NCBI GenBank assembly: GCA_965112735.1
Contig: OZ218956.1
Location: 1-64,000 of the forward strand
DNA length: 64,000 nucleotides
Source: Phaeosaccion multiseriatum
Taxonomy: Eukaryota; Protista; Ochrophyta, other classes
Direction of reading: 5' to 3'
Part shown: in pieces, positions 1 through 12,272 of the stretch
Numbering within the stretch: position 1 is the first letter of the stretch
How the letters are laid out: each line of letters begins with the position of its first letter
Made by a program: the position numbers and the translations under genes
The notes under the pieces: model-generated
Told to the model about the DNA's origin: nothing
Database searches by the model: none
Seen by the model: the letters and a program-made list of their open reading frames with translations, nothing else

Positions 1-3000
1 CCCTGGCCCTGGCCCTGGCCCTGGCCCTGGCCCTGGCCCTGGCCTGGCCCTGGCTGGCCTGGCCTGGCCTGGCCTGGCCTGGCCCTGGCCTGGCCCTGGC
101 CCTGGCCCTGGCCCTGGCCCTGGCCCCTGGCTGGCCTGGCCTGGCCTGGCCTGGCCTGGCCTGGCCTGGCCTGGCCTGGCCTGGCCTGGCCTGGCCTGGC
201 CTGGCCTGGCCTGGCCTGGCCTGGCCTGGCCTGGCCTGGCCTGGCCTGGCCTGGCCTGGCCTGGCCTGGCCTGGCCTGGCCTGGCCTGGCCTGGCCTGGC
301 CTGGCCTGGCCTGGCCTGGCCTGGCCTGGCCTGGCCTGGCCTGGCCTGGCCTGGCCTGGCCTGGCCTGGCCTGGCCTGGCCTGGCCTGGCCTGGCCTGGC
401 CTGGCCTGGCCTGGCCTGGCCTGGCCTGGCCTGGCCTGGCCTGGCCTGGCCTGGCCTGGCCTGGCCTGGCCTGGCCTGGCCTGGCCTGGCCTGGCCTGGC
501 CTGGCCTGGCCTGGCCTGGCCTGGCCTGGCCTGGCCTGGCCTGGCCTGGCCTGGCCTGGCCTGGCCTGGCCTGGCCTGGCCTGGCCTGGCCTGGCCTGGC
601 CTGGCCTGGCCTGGCCTGGCCTGGCCTGGCCTGGCCTGGCCTGGCCTGGCCTGGCCTGGCCTGGCCTGGCCTGGCCTGGCCTGGCCTGGCCTGGCCTGGC
701 CTGGCCTGGCCTGGCCTGGCCTGGCCTGGCCTGGCCTGGCCTGGCCTGGCCTGGCCTGGCCTGGCCTGGCCTGGCCTGGCCTGGCCTGGCCTGGCCTGGC
801 CTGGCCTGGCCTGGCCTGGCCTGGCCTGGCCTGGCCTGGCCTGGCCTGGCCTGGCCTGGCCTGGCCTGGCCTGGCCTGGCCTGGCCTGGCCTGGCCTGGC
901 CTGGCCTGGCCTGGCCTGGCCTGGCCTGGCCTGGCCTGGCCTGGCCTGGCCTGGCCTGGCCTGGCCTGGCCTGGCCTGGCCTGGCCTGGCCTGGCCTGGC
1001 CTGGCCTGGCCTGGCCTGGCCTGGCCTGGCCTGGCCTGGCCTGGCCTGGCCTGGCCTGGCCTGGCCTGGCCTGGCCTGGCCTGGCCTGGCCTGGCCTGGC
1101 CTGGCCTGGCCTGGCCTGGCCTGGCCTGGCCTGGCCTGGCCTGGCCTGGCCTGGCCTGGCCTGGCCTGGCCTGGCCTGGCCTGGCCTGGCCTGGCCTGGC
1201 CTGGCCTGGCCTGGCCTGGCCTGGCCTGGCCTGGCCTGGCCTGGCCTGGCCTGGCCTGGCCTGGCCTGGCCTGGCCTGGCCTGGCCTGGCCTGGCCTGGC
1301 CTGGCCTGGCCTGGCCTGGCCTGGCCTGGCCTGGCCTGGCCTGGCCTGGCCTGGCCTGGCCTGGCCTGGCCTGGCCTGGCCTGGCCTGGCCTGGCCTGGC
1401 CTGGCCTGGCCTGGCCTGGCCTGGCCTGGCCTGGCCTGGCCTGGCCTGGCCTGGCCTGGCCTGGCCTGGCCTGGCCTGGCCTGGCCTGGCCTGGCCTGGC
1501 CTGGCCTGGCCTGGCCTGGCCTGGCCTGGCCTGGCCTGGCCTGGCCTGGCCTGGCCTGGCCTGGCCTGGCCTGGCCTGGCCTGGCCTGGCCTGGCCTGGC
1601 CTGGCCTGGCCTGGCCTGGCCTGGCCTGGCCTGGCCTGGCCTGGCCTGGCCTGGCCTGGCCTGGCCTGGCCTGGCCTGGCCTGGCCTGGCCTGGCCTGGC
1701 CTGGCCTGGCCTGGCCTGGCCTGGCCTGGCCTGGCCTGGCCTGGCCTGGCCTGGCCTGGCCTGGCCTGGCCTGGCCTGGCCTGGCCTGGCCTGGCCTGGC
1801 CTGGCCTGGCCTGGCCTGGCCTGGCCTGGCCTGGCCTGGCCTGGCCTGGCCTGGCCTGGCCTGGCCTGGCCTGGCCTGGCCTGGCCTGGCCTGGCCTGGC
1901 CTGGCCTGGCCTGGCCTGGCCTGGCCTGGCCTGGCCTGGCCTGGCCTGGCCTGGCCTGGCCTGGCCTGGCCTGGCCTGGCCTGGCCTGGCCTGGCCTGGC
2001 CTGGCCTGGCCTGGCCTGGCCTGGCCTGGCCTGGCCTGGCCTGGCCTGGCCTGGCCTGGCCTGGCCTGGCCTGGCCTGGCCTGGCCTGGCCTGGCCTGGC
2101 CTGGCCTGGCCTGGCCTGGCCTGGCCTGGCCTGGCCTGGCCTGGCCTGGCCTGGCCTGGCCTGGCCTGGCCTGGCCTGGCCTGGCCTGGCCTGGCCTGGC
2201 CTGGCCTGGCCTGGCCTGGCCTGGCCTGGCCTGGCCTGGCCTGGCCTGGCCTGGCCTGGCCTGGCCTGGCCTGGCCTGGCCTGGCCTGGCCTGGCCTGGC
2301 CTGGCCTGGCCTGGCCTGGCCTGGCCTGGCCTGGCCTGGCCTGGCCTGGCCTGGCCTGGCCTGGCCTGGCCTGGCCTGGCCTGGCCTGGCCTGGCCTGGC
2401 CTGGCCTGGCCTGGCCTGGCCTGGCCTGGCCTGGCCTGGCCTGGCCTGGCCTGGCCTGGCCTGGCCTGGCCTGGCCTGGCCTGGCCTGGCCTGGCCTGGC
2501 CTGGCCTGGCCTGGCCTGGCCTGGCCTGGCCTGGCCTGGCCTGGCCTGGCCTGGCCTGGCCTGGCCTGGCCTGGCCTGGCCTGGCCTGGCCTGGCCTGGC
2601 CTGGCCTGGCCTGGCCTGGCCTGGCCTGGCCTGGCCTGGCCTGGCCTGGCCTGGCCTGGCCTGGCCTGGCCTGGCCTGGCCTGGCCTGGCCTGGCCTGGC
2701 CTGGCCTGGCCTGGCCTGGCCTGGCCTGGCCTGGCCTGGCCTGGCCTGGCCTGGCCTGGCCTGGCCTGGCCTGGCCTGGCCTGGCCTGGCCTGGCCTGGC
2801 CTGGCCTGGCCTGGCCTGGCCTGGCCTGGCCTGGCCTGGCCTGGCCTGGCCTGGCCTGGCCTGGCCTGGCCTGGCCTGGCCTGGCCTGGCCTGGCCTGGC
2901 CTGGCCTGGCCTGGCCTGGCCTGGCCTGGCCTGGCCTGGCCTGGCCTGGCCTGGCCTGGCCTGGCCTGGCCTGGCCTGGCCTGGCCTGGCCTGGCCTGGC

Positions 3001-6000
3001 CTGGCCTGGCCTGGCCTGGCCTGGCCTGGCCTGGCCTGGCCTGGCCTGGCCTGGCCTGGCCTGGCCTGGCCTGGCCTGGCCTGGCCTGGCCTGGCCTGGC
3101 CTGGCCTGGCCTGGCCTGGCCTGGCCTGGCCTGGCCTGGCCTGGCCTGGCCTGGCCTGGCCTGGCCTGGCCTGGCCTGGCCTGGCCTGGCCTGGCCTGGC
3201 CTGGCCTGGCCTGGCCTGGCCTGGCCTGGCCTGGCCTGGCCTGGCCTGGCCTGGCCTGGCCTGGCCTGGCCTGGCCTGGCCTGGCCTGGCCTGGCCTGGC
3301 CTGGCCTGGCCTGGCCTGGCCTGGCCTGGCCTGGCCTGGCCTGGCCTGGCCTGGCCTGGCCTGGCCTGGCCTGGCCTGGCCTGGCCTGGCCTGGCCTGGC
3401 CTGGCCTGGCCTGGCCTGGCCTGGCCTGGCCTGGCCTGGCCTGGCCTGGCCTGGCCTGGCCTGGCCTGGCCTGGCCTGGCCTGGCCTGGCCTGGCCTGGC
3501 CTGGCCTGGCCTGGCCTGGCCTGGCCTGGCCTGGCCTGGCCTGGCCTGGCCTGGCCTGGCCTGGCCTGGCCTGGCCTGGCCTGGCCTGGCCTGGCCTGGC
3601 CTGGCCTGGCCTGGCCTGGCCTGGCCTGGCCTGGCCTGGCCTGGCCTGGCCTGGCCTGGCCTGGCCTGGCCTGGCCTGGCCTGGCCTGGCCTGGCCTGGC
3701 CTGGCCTGGCCTGGCCTGGCCTGGCCTGGCCTGGCCTGGCCTGGCCTGGCCTGGCCTGGCCTGGCCTGGCCTGGCCTGGCCTGGCCTGGCCTGGCCTGGC
3801 CTGGCCTGGCCTGGCCTGGCCTGGCCTGGCCTGGCCTGGCCTGGCCTGGCCTGGCCTGGCCTGGCCTGGCCTGGCCTGGCCTGGCCTGGCCTGGCCTGGC
3901 CTGGCCTGGCCTGGCCTGGCCTGGCCTGGCCTGGCCTGGCCTGGCCTGGCCTGGCCTGGCCTGGCCTGGCCTGGCCTGGCCTGGCCTGGCCTGGCCTGGC
4001 CTGGCCTGGCCTGGCCTGGCCTGGCCTGGCCTGGCCTGGCCTGGCCTGGCCTGGCCTGGCCTGGCCTGGCCTGGCCTGGCCTGGCCTGGCCTGGCCTGGC
4101 CTGGCCTGGCCTGGCCTGGCCTGGCCTGGCCTGGCCTGGCCTGGCCTGGCCTGGCCTGGCCTGGCCTGGCCTGGCCTGGCCTGGCCTGGCCTGGCCTGGC
4201 CTGGCCTGGCCTGGCCTGGCCTGGCCTGGCCTGGCCTGGCCTGGCCTGGCCTGGCCTGGCCTGGCCTGGCCTGGCCTGGCCTGGCCTGGCCTGGCCTGGC
4301 CTGGCCTGGCCTGGCCTGGCCTGGCCTGGCCTGGCCTGGCCTGGCCTGGCCTGGCCTGGCCTGGCCTGGCCTGGCCTGGCCTGGCCTGGCCTGGCCTGGC
4401 CTGGCCTGGCCTGGCCTGGCCTGGCCTGGCCTGGCCTGGCCTGGCCTGGCCTGGCCTGGCCTGGCCTGGCCTGGCCTGGCCTGGCCTGGCCTGGCCTGGC
4501 CTGGCCTGGCCTGGCCTGGCCTGGCCTGGCCTGGCCTGGCCTGGCCTGGCCTGGCCTGGCCTGGCCTGGCCTGGCCTGGCCTGGCCTGGCCTGGCCTGGC
4601 CTGGCCTGGCCTGGCCTGGCCTGGCCTGGCCTGGCCTGGCCTGGCCTGGCCTGGCCTGGCCTGGCCTGGCCTGGCCTGGCCTGGCCTGGCCTGGCCTGGC
4701 CTGGCCTGGCCTGGCCTGGCCTGGCCTGGCCTGGCCTGGCCTGGCCTGGCCTGGCCTGGCCTGGCCTGGCCTGGCCTGGCCTGGCCTGGCCTGGCCTGGC
4801 CTGGCCTGGCCTGGCCTGGCCTGGCCTGGCCTGGCCTGGCCTGGCCTGGCCTGGCCTGGCCTGGCCTGGCCTGGCCTGGCCTGGCCTGGCCTGGCCTGGC
4901 CTGGCCTGGCCTGGCCTGGCCTGGCCTGGCCTGGCCTGGCCTGGCCTGGCCTGGCCTGGCCTGGCCTGGCCTGGCCTGGCCTGGCCTGGCCTGGCCTGGC
5001 CTGGCCTGGCCTGGCCTGGCCTGGCCTGGCCTGGCCTGGCCTGGCCTGGCCTGGCCTGGCCTGGCCTGGCCTGGCCTGGCCTGGCCTGGCCTGGCCTGGC
5101 CTGGCCTGGCCTGGCCTGGCCTGGCCTGGCCTGGCCTGGCCTGGCCTGGCCTGGCCTGGCCTGGCCTGGCCTGGCCTGGCCTGGCCTGGCCTGGCCTGGC
5201 CTGGCCTGGCCTGGCCTGGCCTGGCCTGGCCTGGCCTGGCCTGGCCTGGCCTGGCCTGGCCTGGCCTGGCCTGGCCTGGCCTGGCCTGGCCTGGCCTGGC
5301 CTGGCCTGGCCTGGCCTGGCCTGGCCTGGCCTGGCCTGGCCTGGCCTGGCCTGGCCTGGCCTGGCCTGGCCTGGCCTGGCCTGGCCTGGCCTGGCCTGGC
5401 CTGGCCTGGCCTGGCCTGGCCTGGCCTGGCCTGGCCTGGCCTGGCCTGGCCTGGCCTGGCCTGGCCTGGCCTGGCCTGGCCTGGCCTGGCCTGGCCTGGC
5501 CTGGCCTGGCCTGGCCTGGCCTGGCCTGGCCTGGCCTGGCCTGGCCTGGCCTGGCCTGGCCTGGCCTGGCCTGGCCTGGCCTGGCCTGGCCTGGCCTGGC
5601 CTGGCCTGGCCTGGCCTGGCCTGGCCTGGCCTGGCCTGGCCTGGCCTGGCCTGGCCTGGCCTGGCCTGGCCTGGCCTGGCCTGGCCTGGCCTGGCCTGGC
5701 CTGGCCTGGCCTGGCCTGGCCTGGCCTGGCCTGGCCTGGCCTGGCCTGGCCTGGCCTGGCCTGGCCTGGCCTGGCCTGGCCTGGCCTGGCCTGGCCTGGC
5801 CTGGCCTGGCCTGGCCTGGCCTGGCCTGGCCTGGCCTGGCCTGGCCTGGCCTGGCCTGGCCTGGCCTGGCCTGGCCTGGCCTGGCCTGGCCTGGCCTGGC
5901 CTGGCCTGGCCTGGCCTGGCCTGGCCTGGCCTGGCCTGGCCTGGCCTGGCCTGGCCTGGCCTGGCCTGGCCTGGCCTGGCCTGGCCTGGCCTGGCCTGGC

Positions 6001-7293
6001 CTGGCCTGGCCTGGCCTGGCCTGGCCTGGCCTGGCCTGGCCTGGCCTGGCCTGGCCTGGCCTGGCCTGGCCTGGCCTGGCCTGGCCTGGCCTGGCCTGGC
6101 CTGGCCTGGCCTGGCCTGGCCTGGCCTGGCCTGGCCTGGCCTGGCCTGGCCTGGCCTGGCCTGGCCTGGCCTGGCCTGGCCTGGCCTGGCCTGGCCTGGC
6201 CTGGCCTGGCCTGGCCTGGCCTGGCCTGGCCTGGCCTGGCCTGGCCTGGCCTGGCCTGGCCTGGCCTGGCCTGGCCTGGCCTGGCCTGGCCTGGCCTGGC
6301 CTGGCCTGGCCTGGCCTGGCCTGGCCTGGCCTGGCCTGGCCTGGCCTGGCCTGGCCTGGCCTGGCCTGGCCTGGCCTGGCCTGGCCTGGCCTGGCCTGGC
6401 CTGGCCTGGCCTGGCCTGGCCTGGCCTGGCCTGGCCTGGCCTGGCCTGGCCTGGCCTGGCCTGGCCTGGCCTGGCCTGGCCTGGCCTGGCCTGGCCTGGC
6501 CTGGCCTGGCCTGGCCTGGCCTGGCCTGGCCTGGCCTGGCCTGGCCTGGCCTGGCCTGGCCTGGCCTGGCCTGGCCTGGCCTGGCCTGGCCTGGCCTGGC
6601 CTGGCCTGGCCTGGCCTGGCCTGGCCTGGCCTGGCCTGGCCTGGCCTGGCCTGGCCTGGCCTGGCCTGGCCTGGCCTGGCCTGGCCTGGCCTGGCCTGGC
6701 CTGGCCTGGCCTGGCCTGGCCTGGCCTGGCCTGGCCTGGCCTGGCCTGGCCTGGCCTGGCCTGGCCTGGCCTGGCCTGGCCTGGCCTGGCCTGGCCTGGC
6801 CTGGCCTGGCCTGGCCTGGCCTGGCCTGGCCTGGCCTGGCCTGGCCTGGCCTGGCCTGGCCTGGCCTGGCCTGGCCTGGCCTGGCCTGGCCTGGCCTGGC
6901 CTGGCCTGGCCTGGCCTGGCCTGGCCTGGCCTGGCCTGGCCTGGCCTGGCCTGGCCTGGCCTGGCCTGGCCTGGCCTGGCCTGGCCTGGCCTGGCCTGGC
7001 CTGGCCTGGCCTGGCCTGGCCTGGCCTGGCCTGGCCTGGCCTGGCCTGGCCTGGCCTGGCCTGGCCTGGCCTGGCCTGGCCTGGCCTGGCCTGGCCTGGC
7101 CTGGCCTGGCCTGGCCTGGCCTGGCCTGGCCTGGCCTGGCCTGGCCTGGCCTGGCCTGGCCTGGCCTGGCCTGGCCTGGCCTGGCCTGGCCTGGCCTGGC
7201 CTGGCCTGGCCTGGCCTGGCCTGGCCTGGCCTGGCCTGGCCTGGGCCTGGCCTGGCCTGGCCTGGCCTGGCCTGGCCTGGCCTGGCCTGGCCT
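1..7293. repeat. Terminal (CCTGG)n/(CCAGG)n pentamer array, about 1,450 units; telomere-position repeat (true atypical telomere or basecalling artefact)
   Basis: Near-perfect CCTGG repeats from ~130 to ~7290, with one extra G near 7245. The first ~125 nt mix in CCCTGG hexamers. It lies at the start of the window and is followed by a satellite and then genes, which is the usual telomere-subtelomere-gene order. Confidence 0.9.
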
Positions 7294-7344
7294 AGGTGGC
7301 GAGACAGGCTTTGGCCTGGCCCTGGCCTGGCCCTGGCCCTGCCC

Positions 7345-10300
7345 GGGGGAGCCCACAGATGGGCCTGTTCAACCCCACAGAGGCCCATGTTCAACCCCGC
7401 CGAGCACGCCATAGACGGAACGTAGACTCATTGCGACCATGGTGGGACCATTTCAACCCCACCGGCCCATGGAAGGCATTGTTCAACCCTCCCGGGTCGA
7501 AATCATGCCCAGATTGCCCACCGGGGGTGCCCACAGATGGGCCTGTTCGACCCCACACAGGTCCATGTTCAACCCCGCCGAGCGCACCCTAGACGCCACG
7601 CACACTCATTGCGACCATGGTGGGACCATTTCAACCCCACCGGCCCATGGAAGCCATTGTTCAACCCTCCCGGGTCGAAATCAGGTTCAGATTGCCCACC
7701 GGGGGGGGGGCCACAGATGGGCCTGTTCAGCCCCACAGAGGCCCATGTTCAACCCCGCCGAGCGCACCATGGACGCAGCGCACACTCATTGCGACCATGG
7801 TGGGACCATTTCAACCCCACCGGCTCATGGAAGGCATTGTTCAACCCTCCCATGTCGAAATGATGCCCAGATTGCCCACCGGGGCCCACAGATGGGCCTG
7901 TTCAACCCCACAGCGGTCCATGTTCAACCCCTCCGAGCGCACCATGGACGCGGTGCACACTCATTGCGACCATGGTGGGACCATTTCAACCCCACCGGCC
8001 CATGGAAGGCATTGTTCAACCCTCCCGTGTCGAAATCAGGCCCAGATTGCCCACCGGGGGGGGCCCACAGATGGGCCTGTTCAACCCCACAGCGGTCCAT
8101 GTTCAACCCCGCCGAGCGCACGTTGGACGCGATGCACACTCATTGCGACCATGGTGGGACCATTTCAACCCCACCGGCCCATGGAAGGCATTGTTCAACC
8201 CTCCCGGGTCGAAATCAGGCCCAGATTGCCCACCGGGGGAGCCCACAGATGGGCCTGTTCAACCCCACAGAGGTCCATGTTCAACCCCGCCGAGCGCACC
8301 ATGGACGCCGCGCACACTCATTGCGACCATGGTGGGACCATTTCAACCCCACCGGCCCATGGAAGGCATTGTTCAACCCTCCCGGATCGAAATCAGGCCC
8401 AGATTGCCCACAGGGGGTGCCCACAGATGGGCCTGTTCAACCCCACACAGGTCCATGTTCAACCCCGCCGAGCGCACCATGGACGCCGCGCACACTCATT
8501 GCGACCATGGTGGGACCATTTCAACCCCACCGGCCCATGGAAGCCATTGTTCAACCCTCCCATGTCGAAATCAGGCCCAGATTGCCCACCGGGGCCCATA
8601 GATGGGCCTGTTCAACCCCACAGAGGTCCATGTTCAACCCCGCCGAGCGCACCATAGACGCCACGCACCCTCATTGCGACCATGGTGGGACCATTTCAAC
8701 CCCACCGGCCCATGGAAGGCATTGTTCAACCCTCCCGTGTCGAAATCAGGCCCAGATTGCCCACCGGGGTGGCCCACAGATGGGCCTGTTCAACCCCACA
8801 GAGGTCCATGTTCAACCCCGCCGAGCGCACCATAGACGCCGCGCACCCTCATTGCGACCATGGTGGGACCATTTCAACCCCACCGGCCCATCGAAGGCAT
8901 TGTTCAACCCTCCCGTGTCGAAATCGGGCCCAGATTGCCCACCGGGGGAGCCCACAGATGGGCCTGTTCAACCCCACAGAGGCCCATGTTCAACCCCGCC
9001 GAGCGCCCCATAGACGCCGCGCAGACTCATTGCGACCATGGTGGGATCATTTCAACCCCACCGGCCCATGGAAGGCATTGTTCAACCCTCCCGTGTCGAA
9101 ATCAGGCCCAGAATGTCCACAGGGGGTGCCCACAGATGGGCCTGTTCAACCCCACAGAGGTCCATGTTCAACCCCGCCGAGCGCACCTTGGACGCCGCGC
9201 ACACTCATTGCGACCATGGTGGGACCATTTCAACCCCACCGACCCATGGAAGGCATTGTTCCACCCTCCCGGGTCGAAATCAGGCCCAGATTGCCCACCG
9301 GGGCCCACAGATGGGCCTGTTCAACCCCACAGCGGTCCATGTTCAACCCCGCCGAGCGCGCCATTGACGCGATGCAGACTCATTGCGACCATGGTGGGAC
9401 CATTTCAACCCCACCGGCCCATGGAAGGCATTATTCAACCCTCCCGTGTCGAAATTTGGCCCAGATTGCCCACCGGGGGTGCCCACAGATGGGCCTGTTC
9501 AACCCCACAGAGGTCCATGTTCAACCCCGCCGAGCGCACCATGGACGCAGCGCACACTCATTGCGACCATGGTGGGACCATTTCAACCCCACCGGCCCAT
9601 GGAAGGCATCGTTCAACCCTCCCGGATCGAAATCAGGCCCAGATTGCCCACCGGGGGTGCCCACAGATGGGCCTGTTCAACCCCACAGAGGCCCATGTTC
9701 AACCCCGCCGAGCGCACCATGGACGCCGCGCACACTCATTGCGACCATGGTGGGACCATTTCAACCCCACCGGCCCATGGAAGGCATTGTTCAACCCTCC
9801 CGTGTCGAAATCGGGCCCAGATTGCCCACCGGGGGAGCCCACAGATGGGCCTGTTCAACCCCACAGAGGCCCATGTTCAACCGCGCCGAGCGCACCTTGG
9901 ACGCGATGCAGACTCATTGCGACCATGGTGGGACCAATTCAACTCCAACGGCCCATGGAAGGCATTGTTCAACCCTCCCGGGTCGAAATCAGGCCCAGAT
10001 TGCCCACCGGGGGGGACCCACAGATGGGCCTGTTCAACCCCACAGAGGCCCATGTTCAACCCCGCCGAGCGCACCATAGACGCGGTGCACATTCACTGCG
10101 ACCATGGTGGGACCATTTCAACTCCAACGGCCCATGGAAGGCATTGTTCAACCCTCCCGGGTCGAAATCAGGCCCAGATTGCCCACCGGGGGGGACCCAC
10201 AGATGGGCCTGTTCGACCCCACAGAGGTCCATGTTCAACCCCGCCGAGCGCGCCATGGACGCGATGCAGACTCATTGCGACCATGAAGGGACCATTTCAA

Positions 10301-12272
10301 CCCCACCGGCCCATGGAAGGCATTGTTCAACCCTCCCGTGTCGAAATCAGGCCCAGATTGTCCACAGGGGGTGCCCACAGATGGGCCTGTTCGACCCCAC
10401 AGAGGTCCATGTTCAACCCCGCCGAGCGCACCATGGACGCGATGCAGACTTATTGCGACCATGGTGGGACCAATTCAGCTCCAACGGCCCATGGAAGGCA
10501 TTGTTCAACCCTCCCGGGTCGAAATCAGGCCCAGATTGCCCACCGGGGGTGCCCACAGATGGGCCTGTTCGACCCCACAGAGGTCCATGTTCAACCCCGC
10601 CGAGCACACCATGGACGCGATGTAGACTCATTGCGACCATGGTGGGACCATTTCAACTCCACTGGCCCATGGAAGCCATTGTTCAACCCTCCCGTGTCGA
10701 AATCAGGCCCAGATTGCCCACCGGGGGTGCCCACAGATGGGCCTGTTCAACCCCACAGAGGCCCATGTTCAACCCCACCGAGCGCACCATAGACGGAACG
10801 CAGCCTGATTGCAACCATGGTGGGACCATTTCAACCCCACCGGCCCATGGAAGCGATTGTTCAACCCTCCCGTGCCGAAATCAGGCCCAGATTGCCCACC
10901 GGGGGGGGGCCACAGATGGGCCTGTTCAACCCCACAGAGGCCCATGTTCAACCACGCCGAGCACACCATAGACGGCGCGTAGACTCATTGCGACCATGGT
11001 GGGACCATTTCATCCCCACCGGCCCATGGAAGCCATTGTTCAACCCTCCCGTGTCGAAATCAGGCCCAGATTGCCCACCGGGGGCCACAGATGGGCCTGT
11101 TCAACCCCACAGAGGCCCATGTTCAACCTCACCGAGCTCACCATAGACGCCTCGCACACTCATTGCGACCATGGTGGGACCATTTCAACCCCACCGGCCC
11201 ATGGAAGCGATTGTTCAACCCTCCCGTGCCGAAATCAGGCCCAGATTGCCCACCGGGGGGGACCCACAGATGGGCCTGTTCAACCCCACAGAGGCCCATG
11301 TTCAACCCCGCCGAGCGCACCATAGACGCCGCGCAGACTCATTGCCACCATGGTGGGACCACTTCAACCCCACCGTCCCATGGAAGCGATTGTTTAACCC
11401 TCCCGTGCCGAAATCAGGCCCAGATTGCCCACCGGGGGTCCACAGATGGACCTGTTCAACCCCACAGAGGCCCATGTTCAACCCCGCCGAGCACACCATA
11501 GACGCCGCACAGACTCATTGCGACCATGGTGGGACCACTTCAACCCCACCGGCCCACACAAGGCATTGTTCAACCCTCCCGTGCCGAAATCAGGCCCAGA
11601 TTGCCCACCGGGGCCCACAGATGGGCCTGTTCAACCCCACAGAGGCCCATGTTCAACCCCGCCGAGCACACCATAGTCGCAAAGCAGACTCATTGCCACC
11701 ATGGTGGGACCACTTCAACCCCACCGGCCCATGGAAGCGATTGTTCAACCCTCCCGTGCCGAAATCAGGCCCAGATTGCCCACCGGGGGAGCCCACAGAT
11801 GGGCCTGTTCAACCCCACAGAGGCCCATGTTCAACCCCACCGAGCGCACCATAGACGCGGTGCACACTCATGGTGACCATGGTGGGACCATTTCAACCCC
11901 ACCGGCCCACAGCAGCCATTGTTCAACCCTCCCGTGTCGAAATCAGGCCCAGATTGCCCACCGGGGGAGCCCACAGATGGGCCTGTTCAACCCCACAGAG
12001 GCCCATGTTCAACCCCACCGAGCACACCATAGACGCAGCGCACACTCATTGCCACCATGGTGGGACCATTTCAACCCCACCGTCCCATGGAAGGCATTGT
12101 TCAACCCTCCCGTGCCGAAATCAGGCCCAGATTGCCCACCGGGGCCCACAGATGGGCCTGTTCAACCCCACAGAGGCCCATGCTCAACCCCGCCGAGCGC
12201 ACCATAGACGCAGCGCAGACTCATTGCGACCATGGTGGGACCATTTCAACCCCACCGGCCCATGGAAGGCAT
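7345..12272. repeat. Subtelomeric tandem satellite, ~178-bp monomer (175-180 bp), ~28 copies
   Basis: The landmark GCCCACAGATGGG recurs at 7351 and 7529 (178 bp apart) and at ~175-180 bp intervals thereafter. Length differences fall mostly in a G-run. Each monomer carries four TTCAACCC sub-repeats. Confidence 0.97.

Noticed and set aside
1-7293. Bacterial Dcm-site array or contamination
   Set aside because: CCWGG is the Dcm site, but the array is contiguous with a satellite and intron-containing genes, and nothing else in the window is prokaryotic in organisation.
7500-7570. tRNA- or SINE-derived satellite monomer (A-box-like AGGCCCAGATTG ~40 nt before GTTCAACCC)
   Set aside because: No T-stem pairing or cloverleaf can be drawn, and the A-box match is weak.
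7345-12272. CRISPR-like repeat/spacer array
   Set aside because: The conserved part is ~150 bp, the variable windows are clearly homologous to each other rather than unique spacers, there are no cas genes, and the context is eukaryotic.
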